DNA of 64,000 nucleotides from a virus. Its lineage: Duplodnaviria > Caudoviricetes. Location: IMG/VR virus record IMGVR_UViG_3300043104_000334, one strand, 5' to 3'. The notes under the pieces are model-generated. The model worked only from the letters and a program-made list of their open reading frames with translations. It did not search any database and had not been told where the DNA came from. The translations under genes and the position numbers were made by a program. The first letter of the stretch is position 1. Each line of letters opens with the position of its first letter. This document shows, in pieces, positions 31,601 through 38,708 of the stretch.

Positions 31601-32489
31601 TGTACTGCGATGTGATGACATCAACACGACCATCAATCGTAGGTCTATAACCCTCAGGCAGTACGAATATGTAACTAAGAATCTGACTTTTAAGTGCTTC
31701 CTTACCATCTCCATCAATCATAGAACTGAGCAAGCTAAGGATTGGAAATTGCTGCATGTTTGTTATATCATAGTTCTCAGTGTTGTCCAACATCTTAGCG
31801 TATACATCATCAATCCTATCTTCTGGCAAATCACCGCTTTCAAGGTCAATGAAATAGGTTCCAAATAACCAACCGTTTTCAATAGATACCCTACCAGAAA
31901 TAATATCTTCAGGGTCTACCGTAACGATAGGTCCAAGATTCAAAGTGCCTGCTTCATAGGCTGCTTTTTCGTCTTTCGATAAAACAGGTACAACATATGT
32001 GCCAATAAGCTTGTTACACAAGGAATCCCAAACATCTACCTCATCCAAAAGTTTCACAAGCAACTCCGCTCCAAATACATACCGCTCCCGGTCAAACATA
32101 GATGTACCAATATCTGCATTGGATACCATAGCTCCTACCTCATTATCATAAACAACATTTCCGTTTATGATTCCGGATATCATGTCTGAGCTTAATCCAA
32201 GTACAGTTCTCCATACCGGTGCTCCCCTACCTGCTAAGAAAGGATTAAGGACTCTGCATGTGAGGTCAATATACCCGACCCTTGTATATTTATCCTCGTA
32301 TATCTTATCATTGCAGTTAGGGTCATCAGAATGGTCTGCCTTTCCGAAGATTGAGGATGACACAACGTTGTGCTCATAATTATACGCTGTGTCAAGCCGC
32401 ACCATAGGAGCCGACGTAATTGACTGTCGTTCACTAGGGGCCATTCGCTTCTTATCATCTTTGTTTATTGGTCTAACAGAAATACTCAT
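28680..32489 (-). CDS. rpoC: DNA-directed RNA polymerase beta' subunit, divergent
   Basis: FNADFDGDQM catalytic loop; GKEGLMRGRMQGVRIDYSGRTVI; RQPTLF; bridge helix GSRKGIADKVLATADPGYMSRKL; C-terminal Zn site CKCPVCKKCYG; trigger loop IGEPGTQLTM. Confidence 0.95.
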   Translation of the reverse strand: MSISVRPINKDDKKRMAPSERQSITSAPMVRLDTAYNYEHNVVSSSIFGKADHSDDPNCNDKIYEDKYTRVGYIDLTCRVLNPFLAGRGAPVWRTVLGLSSDMISGIINGNVVYDNEVGAMVSNADIGTSMFDRERYVFGAELLVKLLDEVDVWDSLCNKLIGTYVVPVLSKDEKAAYEAGTLNLGPIVTVDPEDIISGRVSIENGWLFGTYFIDLESGDLPEDRIDDVYAKMLDNTENYDITNMQQFPILSLLSSMIDGDGKEALKSQILSYIFVLPEGYRPTIDGRVDVITSQYNKLVNANSELRDILEQQQNATCYAVLNKYREVVQYIRNIFIGDDQVIQQQRLKDYKSISDTITGKEGLMRGRMQGVRIDYSGRTVITCDPEMPIDTIGIPWSMLYKIAEPSVIQWLRNEAPDLSKKVTKKNLARLSTSTKTDVDGLVYKDLLKRWLEYEPRFGPTGRQPTLFYLGIEAFKIKPVDGDAIVLSPLVVMPFNADFDGDQMHFNMAQTAEANKEIRERMSFTNNYRYPKNGEITIVMRHEIIYGLWMCSTATANTKSRNLSQADVNNIAKSMGLPQNNGHGKNIYDAVCKQKINIYDNVETPFGTQTAGIAALEYAIYCGFNTQDLTTVLKGKGIKAKQITSILENAYSNNKTFFLNAINRLVKLGFRVAKIWPPNISTIVSSTVKEHVKQLIDDFNKDVLEREEYVNIGIEIESEYSNYFNKRWNELRDEVIDYLVNNLGDDNGYIAMMKSGGKGDKNNIMQIFGLKGRVQKNDTTAFNSIIAGCYSGHLTGLEGFITAYGSRKGIADKVLATADPGYMSRKLEHAGAIMSVFSEDCETTEGMQFSLEDIVPFLDDSQISRYGVRVPNASKQVVDAFRNSSEYKTQLLAAREYLSKIIVGRWCIDRTSQDSRSVFIPNINAAYQHIDKSWGYINPKTHEFVETGDGIVEMRSPVYCKCPVCKKCYGRDIAAGTDEPQLGRPVGFIAAQAIGEPGTQLTMKNFQKGGVVTDANLTSSFQLIEDYFELHDFSKRKSKRGVLTYDMISPVDGKIREQYLGNGTKRIFIIPDNPEDRIVKSRMRSLAVKKIIVHAQTKLKDHVYEGDSFQKIQGNLNMKEVLRYRGFDKAASYLALKLYDTFMTQDVNFKHFETIVASMSVCYLWADANNVYDYKSLHTGEKTYYKAGSVLTWPEACNDVNGQQLSMRTLLGLKALPKYKNDFFESVLMENMDTYVPRAILMNPNDSMSNPITRAAFGLRIGIGSDVES

Positions 32490-32492
32490 TGT

Positions 32493-33338
32493 TTATACCA
32501 ATCCCTTCCCGTAATCATGTAAAATCATTTCGAGTGCATGCTCATTTATCTCAGTCTTGTACACAAGTCTTAAGCCGTCAAGTCCTGAAACCGGAACTGC
32601 ACAAGTAAAGAACTTTGATAAATCATACACTGTTCTACATGGCATTATGTTGTCATACCCTTCATCAAACAATGCCTGCGTATCTGCATAATCCCAGTAC
32701 CCAGTACCTTTCTTGATGAACATGAATGTCGTGGCTACACCTGCACCCTCTCGTTTTAAATCGCAAATCTTAACGTGTGGCAACAACATCTCTGGATAAC
32801 TCGCTGGCTCAACATAAGAGTTCTGTGTATACCAAACAGTATCCGTTCCAAGATAGGGAACCCTATCAGAATCCGGTGGTCCCTCATAATCACACATAAG
32901 ACTACCGATTTCTTCTTTTGGCAACTTGAGAGCATTTGCGTGCCTTGTGCTAGCACGCATTGATGGCGAACGACCATGTCCCTCATCGAATTCCTTATTG
33001 TTCACAACCTCTTCATCAACACCGTAGAAGCAACCTTTTTCAGGGTTGATTCCACCATTCTCCACAGGAATGATATTACTCATAAGCATACCAAGTTCAA
33101 TGAGTGACATCCCATAGATATCATTCTGTCTGAACAATGAATGCTGATGCACATCGTCCCATCCATGATAGAACCCTATCACCCTCCAGTGTGGAATATT
33201 GTAGTCAAGCAAATCAGTTGAGAATCTGTTATAAACGATCATCAACTCATCTTTACTCAGCTGCTTGCTAAACTGTACAATACCATTTGATACCGTGCAG
33301 CCGGCAAAGCATTCCCCAACTAAAGATATTTCATTCAT
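32493..33338 (-). CDS. rpoA: Probable RNA polymerase alpha subunit (NTD only), highly divergent
   Basis: Colinear matches to alpha-NTD: NRFSTDLLDYNIPHWRVIGF ~ NSLRRILLSSLPG.AV; HSLF..DIYGMSLIEL ~ HEFSTIPGV.EDV.EI; LLPHVKICDL ~ ILNPDLHIATL; IKKGTGY ~ V.RGRGY; IMPCRTVY ~ IPIDSIY; DGLRLVYKTE ~ DKLTLEVWTD. Lies between beta and beta'; start MNEIS at 33338 (ATGA overlap). Confidence 0.7.
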   Translation of the reverse strand: MNEISLVGECFAGCTVSNGIVQFSKQLSKDELMIVYNRFSTDLLDYNIPHWRVIGFYHGWDDVHQHSLFRQNDIYGMSLIELGMLMSNIIPVENGGINPEKGCFYGVDEEVVNNKEFDEGHGRSPSMRASTRHANALKLPKEEIGSLMCDYEGPPDSDRVPYLGTDTVWYTQNSYVEPASYPEMLLPHVKICDLKREGAGVATTFMFIKKGTGYWDYADTQALFDEGYDNIMPCRTVYDLSKFFTCAVPVSGLDGLRLVYKTEINEHALEMILHDYGKGLV

Positions 33339-34018
33339 GAAATTCCTCCCGTAATAATGTACCCAATTGCAACCGCAGCAATAGCTACAGCCCAAGCAGC
33401 ATAGGTACAAGATTTATTCTTTGTACGAAGTGTCATAAATCTAATGTTTCTCTTCGTGATTGGAAATAAGACTGGACATCCCTCTACAGTAAGCATATCA
33501 GCAAACAGATGTGAGCAATACCCAACACACAACCCAAGCACACTATACTTCCATAAAGGGAAGTCTGATACACCAATTGCAAAGTAAAGCAATACTGGTA
33601 CTAATAATGTGTGCATTAAACCCCTGTGTCTTGTTGCCCACTGGAATGTTTTGCTATTATAAATAAACTTCTTTGCAACGGCAATTATAATAAATCCAAT
33701 AGCAATAAGCATAAGCTTATCTGCTTCAATACCATAGTTCTTGAATCCAAGCATTGTAACTATTGCAAGTATTCCTGCAATGAGTACACCGGCTAAGATA
33801 AGTAAATTCAATGTCTTTGTCGTAAGGTTTGTAATCACCTTACGCTTTCTACCAATCTTAGTCATATCGTGGTCAATATCAGGAAGCATACATCCAACTG
33901 CCGAAGCAGGCAGGATAAGCAACCCATAAGGGTCACCATATCCTTTTGACACGATACACGCACCTGCTATTCCAAATCCTATTCCAACTACTTTATGTTG
34001 TACACCTGTCATAGCCAT
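33335..34018 (-). CDS. YdjM-like membrane-bound metal-dependent hydrolase
   Basis: MTGVQH, LPDIDH, HRGLMHT, SHLFADMLT..G motifs; TM segments. Confidence 0.85.
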   Translation of the reverse strand: MAMTGVQHKVVGIGFGIAGACIVSKGYGDPYGLLILPASAVGCMLPDIDHDMTKIGRKRKVITNLTTKTLNLLILAGVLIAGILAIVTMLGFKNYGIEADKLMLIAIGFIIIAVAKKFIYNSKTFQWATRHRGLMHTLLVPVLLYFAIGVSDFPLWKYSVLGLCVGYCSHLFADMLTVEGCPVLFPITKRNIRFMTLRTKNKSCTYAAWAVAIAAVAIGYIITGGIS

Positions 34019-34079
34019 ACCTTTCTAGAACTACAACGTTCCACGTTATTTTGCATGAGACAGATAGTACCTCATACAA

Positions 34080-37000
34080 TTATTTCTGAAAACTTCCAAG
34101 GATTAGATTTGTTGCATTTTCAAACTCGTCATCTTCTTGACTTGCAACTGTGTCCTCGACAGCTTCAGAAGTATTACTCTTCACAGAGTTCTGCTTTTTG
34201 TTCGTATTCTTCTTGTACTGAACACTTGCCTGCTGAATAACACTAGGCTTCCAGTGCGCAAGCTGAGCACCATTATCCTTGTCAAGTGGAATGAACTCAC
34301 CATCATTAGGTTCACACATTACACCAAGTGCAAGGAAAGAATACAGAAACTGCGTAACTGCACGCCGCTGTCCGGGTGAGTCAATATGGTACTGCTTCCT
34401 GAGTTCGCCCGGGAAATATGTATCAATGTTGAAGTTATCTCTGGCAATGGCGTTATCACATCTTTCGTTTGTCAATTCATGTATATATGCAGATGCGCCA
34501 TAAGCACATAGCGCGTCAATCTCCATTGTACCAAATCTCTGTCCACCACCATTTGATGAACCGTGTGTAGGCGCATCTGTCATCTCACCATAAGGTTCCC
34601 AAATGTTCTGTCCGCCTCTTGCATGAATCTTCTTATGAGACTCCTGTATAAGCTTGAACACATGCAGATAAGCAACCACGATTTCTGTCTCAGTCATGTT
34701 TCCATCGTTATCCGGTAACATAACTTTTGTTGTGCCACGCTCATTGAAACATCCTGCATAAATACGAATGTCGTTGATAACCTCAACTAGATGTTGCTTG
34801 AAAGACTCAACGTGCTTTATGTGACTTTCATTAAGCAAATCACCATGTCTCAAGAATACAGCATTTAGGTCACCGGTAGAATTCATAAGGTCAACAGTAA
34901 GGGACATCAACATAGCAATCTCTTCCTCTGAAATACAGTTGTACGCATCTGATGAAAGTTTAAACTTGCACACATGAGAAAACAGCCCTGTATGAGATTC
35001 CTTTATCTGGCCAACATTCATACGTGAACCTACACCAAGTGGATTAAGACAAATATCCAATGGAAAACCATTTGCAAGACGTGGCATGTTAGATGTCTTT
35101 TCTTTCTTACTAAGAACACCTTTGTTACCATGTCGGTTAGACATCTTGTCACCACCACTAAACGGGTCGATAGAGACCGTATTCAGTGTCAAGCCATAAT
35201 TACCTGCTCTGTGTTCTGACTTGATAGAATCATATTTTTCATAGAATCCATAAGCCTTAGAAAGCGGAATATCTTTCTTCTTACTCTCCATGAATCGCCT
35301 ATCAGAGTAAGCAACACTAATTGAGCTACTAAGTTCCGGAGACATCCATCTACCGTTGTTTGATTTGCTCATACGGTAAGACCGAGTAGAGTTTGGGTTA
35401 CTTGTAAAGTCTTCCTTGTTGATTCTATAGGATGCAAGTCTGTTACACATTGATTCTGAAATATGCGCACCATCCTCATAATTGTAACCATCACAGATGT
35501 AACCAACAAGCGCATTACATCCAAGAGTTAAGATACCATTCTCAGAGATAAAATTTGAAGATACGAGCATCTGACCCTTATGGAATCTCTGCCCTACTTC
35601 AACGAGCACTTTCATCTTTGTTACAGAATAACCGCTATCAAAGTATTCATCAAACTGATAAATGGTACCATCAGAAATATCCTGTGAATCATACCGAACC
35701 GCAAGATGATACTTCTCTTCACGCCAGTTATATTCACATGTAACAACTGTACCGCTATCTTTTGCAATAATTCCAAACTTGTCGTTAAGCCATGCAAACT
35801 GCTCATAAGCACTCGTGATAACATCTGGTTCTTCTGCAAATACCAATCCCTTAGCCTGCTTCTCCTGTGCAACAGCAAAGATAGCACGCGCCGCATCATT
35901 ACTACTCATATACGGAATCGTGGATGACGCATAACTAAGCGACTGACTAGCATTGACATTGACGAAATCAACTTGACTGATAGGTCTGTATGCAAACGTA
36001 GATTTCTCGACAGAGTTTCTGGTGGGTACACGACACTGAACAATCTTAGTGTTATCCTTTACAACGTAATCACTGCCAAACTCAAGCGAGCAGATATCCG
36101 CAATTACATACCGCTCTTCATCCCGGCTAGTAAGAGGAATCTTCTTGTCAGTCTTAATAACTGACTGATTGCCAAGATGCTGTACTCTGTAATACAACGT
36201 AGACATCTTACCATCTGTAGAGATAACAGAGTCACAGCAGGAATTGTAAACTGTACCCATCTTCTGTGACTGCGGAATTTCATAAGCATCAATCTTCGCA
36301 TAAGAACCGATTGCAATTTCACGCTGAGAATCCGCAATGGAATGCTTGTTCGCCGTATAGACATTCACTTTTGTGCAAGCAGACTGATATGCAATAGGAT
36401 TATGGAGATTATCACCCTGCAACCGAACAATACATTTTGCTTCATCCCTAAGGTACTTCCAGAAGTTCTTTGTAAACGGATAGAATTCATTGTCGATTAA
36501 ATCGCGGTCAAGGAAATTCTGTCTCTTACCTTTATAGATTTCCTTGAACTTCCTATTCATTTGTTTGAATCCCTCACGGACTGCATAGCAGAATGCACGA
36601 TGGTACTGTTCCTCAATAGGAATTAAAACCTTTCTGAAACCTGCATCTGCATTTACAATTCGATCAATCCATTTGCCCTCAAACAACTTCACACAGAATG
36701 ATTGAAGTGCCATAAAGTCATACGTAGTGTAAGCACCATTAGCCGGTACAAAATCCTTGTCACAATTAAGGTAATACCAGTCACCATGTGGCTTACCAAT
36801 GTCTTTACCCCGGAACTGTCTGTTAGAGATAATCTCTTCGTAGAAGTTAAGAACTCTTACCTTTCCGCCGGACCTCTTGTCGCTCACCTTAATGGATTCC
36901 TTTCCATAAGCAACAATGACATCAAGCATATCGCTTGTAAGCTGTGTGCCTGATTCATAGATAATTGGTACCGGAAGTTTATCGTAGAACTTGGATGTAT

Positions 37001-38117
37001 ACATTCCATGCTCTTCCGGGAAATACTTTCGCAGCGACTTGGAAATTCTAAGACCTACAGGCGCAAACGGAATAAAGATATCTTCCGCCAGATAGAAACC
37101 CTCGATGTTTGGCACATACTTGATATAGAGTTTATAGACTCCATCGGCATTAAACAACCGAATCATATTACTGTCAACTACTTCACCAGCATGCGCAAGG
37201 ATTCTACCGTTTACAAGTTCCGACTCAACATCTCTTGCAAGTACCTCTCCAACAGCACGGTCAAGTGACAACAACTCATTCAAATCATCCCGAATAGCCG
37301 TATTGTCATAAGAGTCATCACCCTCACCATTCTCTTTGATACGCGTAAGAGTAAGCCTGGGAACGAGTTGTTTCTTGTAGTCGATACCATTTACGCTAGC
37401 AGAGTTAGCAACAATTCCACCAAGTCTCTGCTCTTTCTCTTCTTCATCCTTAAACATGTTAACAATGAAGAAGTTAGCAAACTCTTTAAAGAGTTCTTCT
37501 GGCTCATAGCCCTCATCCTTTGCCATTGCCACGATAAGGTCAAGCAACGTGTACTTAGTCTTAGACGACTTTCCACTCCGGTCAGACATCCGAATTTTTA
37601 ATGCGCTTGCATTATCATCAATCCAGATAGACCGAGTACCATTCTTAATCTTAAGACAAGCCGCCTTTGCAGTATTGTCATTTGCTTCGAACGATACCGT
37701 AGGCTCCTGCTCAAGCATATGTATGAATGCATACTGCTGGTTATCATACTCGATAATACCGTTCTCATAGACATGAGGAAGATTCATAACAGTGACGTCC
37801 TGAGCCTTATCAGGATTGAATCCCGGAATGTCAAACCTTACTGTAACATGATGTGTAAGGTCATTGTACTTTCCCGGGTCTACCTGTTTCACCTTGATTC
37901 TTTCAGCACTCGTTTTGAGCATATCAGGATTGCACTTAATAGCATTGATGAGAGCCGGCATGAACACGTTGAGTACATCCTCAACGGCCCGCTTATCCGT
38001 ATACTTCTTAAATGACTCGTAGACGGGACTTGGCTTCATGTCCGGTATAAGACTAGGTCTTGCAAGTTCATTCTGGTACGCGTATAATATATTTTTATTC
38101 TTGTCATAATCCAGCAT
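34080..38117 (-). CDS. rpoB: DNA-directed RNA polymerase beta subunit, divergent
   Basis: GYNYEDG, GDKMSNRHGNKGV, LNPLGVGSRMNVGQIKE, KIHAR, GGQRFGTMEIDAL..YGA. Confidence 0.95.
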   Translation of the reverse strand: MLDYDKNKNILYAYQNELARPSLIPDMKPSPVYESFKKYTDKRAVEDVLNVFMPALINAIKCNPDMLKTSAERIKVKQVDPGKYNDLTHHVTVRFDIPGFNPDKAQDVTVMNLPHVYENGIIEYDNQQYAFIHMLEQEPTVSFEANDNTAKAACLKIKNGTRSIWIDDNASALKIRMSDRSGKSSKTKYTLLDLIVAMAKDEGYEPEELFKEFANFFIVNMFKDEEEKEQRLGGIVANSASVNGIDYKKQLVPRLTLTRIKENGEGDDSYDNTAIRDDLNELLSLDRAVGEVLARDVESELVNGRILAHAGEVVDSNMIRLFNADGVYKLYIKYVPNIEGFYLAEDIFIPFAPVGLRISKSLRKYFPEEHGMYTSKFYDKLPVPIIYESGTQLTSDMLDVIVAYGKESIKVSDKRSGGKVRVLNFYEEIISNRQFRGKDIGKPHGDWYYLNCDKDFVPANGAYTTYDFMALQSFCVKLFEGKWIDRIVNADAGFRKVLIPIEEQYHRAFCYAVREGFKQMNRKFKEIYKGKRQNFLDRDLIDNEFYPFTKNFWKYLRDEAKCIVRLQGDNLHNPIAYQSACTKVNVYTANKHSIADSQREIAIGSYAKIDAYEIPQSQKMGTVYNSCCDSVISTDGKMSTLYYRVQHLGNQSVIKTDKKIPLTSRDEERYVIADICSLEFGSDYVVKDNTKIVQCRVPTRNSVEKSTFAYRPISQVDFVNVNASQSLSYASSTIPYMSSNDAARAIFAVAQEKQAKGLVFAEEPDVITSAYEQFAWLNDKFGIIAKDSGTVVTCEYNWREEKYHLAVRYDSQDISDGTIYQFDEYFDSGYSVTKMKVLVEVGQRFHKGQMLVSSNFISENGILTLGCNALVGYICDGYNYEDGAHISESMCNRLASYRINKEDFTSNPNSTRSYRMSKSNNGRWMSPELSSSISVAYSDRRFMESKKKDIPLSKAYGFYEKYDSIKSEHRAGNYGLTLNTVSIDPFSGGDKMSNRHGNKGVLSKKEKTSNMPRLANGFPLDICLNPLGVGSRMNVGQIKESHTGLFSHVCKFKLSSDAYNCISEEEIAMLMSLTVDLMNSTGDLNAVFLRHGDLLNESHIKHVESFKQHLVEVINDIRIYAGCFNERGTTKVMLPDNDGNMTETEIVVAYLHVFKLIQESHKKIHARGGQNIWEPYGEMTDAPTHGSSNGGGQRFGTMEIDALCAYGASAYIHELTNERCDNAIARDNFNIDTYFPGELRKQYHIDSPGQRRAVTQFLYSFLALGVMCEPNDGEFIPLDKDNGAQLAHWKPSVIQQASVQYKKNTNKKQNSVKSNTSEAVEDTVASQEDDEFENATNLILGSFQK

Positions 38118-38129
38118 AACACTGCTCCT

Positions 38130-38552
38130 TTATACTAAGTTGAATTTGCGAAGTAAGTCTTCGTCAAGCTCCTCCATTTCATCAGCATCATACTCACCCA
38201 TGTTTGTCACTTCTGCAGGCAGTGAAACCGGAACGTTATCACCCTCACAAAGAGGTATAGCAGTGATATCACCAAGGTCATCAACAACCAAGATGATTTT
38301 CTGACCTGCACACACTACCGGCAAAGCAACCTCCCAGTCATCTCCACACTCTGAGATAATGGTCGAGAAATCTTTCTCCGTATTCATGAAGTTACTGAAA
38401 TCTTCAATACCAGAAATCTCAATAACCTTGAGTCCGCCGTAAGCCGTAAAGGCAACCTGTACAAAGTCACCACTAGCCTTTGCGAAGATGCTTTCATCGT
38501 CCTCACCCATGTTCGCAAACCCTACTACCTGTGTCCATTCATTTCTTAGCAT
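38130..38552 (-). CDS. Acidic hypothetical protein, first gene of the RNAP operon
   Basis: 140 aa, AGGAGG RBS. Confidence 0.7.
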   Translation of the reverse strand: MLRNEWTQVVGFANMGEDDESIFAKASGDFVQVAFTAYGGLKVIEISGIEDFSNFMNTEKDFSTIISECGDDWEVALPVVCAGQKIILVVDDLGDITAIPLCEGDNVPVSLPAEVTNMGEYDADEMEELDEDLLRKFNLV

Positions 38553-38610
38553 AATAATAATGCCCTCCTTATTATTGTTTCTGGAAAGAATAGTTCTATA
38601 ACTCTTCTTT

Positions 38611-38623
38611 CAATTATATATGT
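38611..38623 (-). promoter_or_regulatory. Conserved promoter-like motif ACATATATAATTG (copy 3, RNAP operon)
   Basis: Exact copy, 58 nt upstream of ATG 38552. Confidence 0.75.
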
Positions 38624-38663
38624 GCTCAGTCAAGTTTCTTCTTCAGAAAATTAACTGAGCACA
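38621..38663. repeat. Inverted repeat abutting the RNAP-operon promoter
   Basis: TGTGCTCAGT (38621-30) / ACTGAGCACA (38654-63) with further imperfect inner pairing. Confidence 0.7.
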
Positions 38664-38666
38664 CTA

Positions 38667-38699
38667 TATTTTACAGGAGGAAAACCCTCCTGTAAAATA
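38667..38699 (-). terminator. 14-bp perfect hairpin after the giant adhesin gene
   Basis: TATTTTACAGGAGG-N5-CCTCCTGTAAAATA. Confidence 0.7.
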
Positions 38700-38708
38700 G
38701 TTGCTTAA

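Noticed and set aside
28680-38117. Ordinary chromosomal rpoBC locus
   Set aside because: No rplK/A/J/L or rpsL/G neighbours, rpoB and rpoC are not adjacent, and divergence at near-invariant sites is extreme
28680-38117. phiKZ/AR9-type phage RNAP
   Set aside because: Subunits are unsplit, colinear with bacterial RpoB/RpoC, and accompanied by an alpha-like gene
38628-38633. TTGACT as a sigmaA -35 box for the RNAP operon
   Set aside because: Only 9 nt from TATAAT, far from the required 16-18
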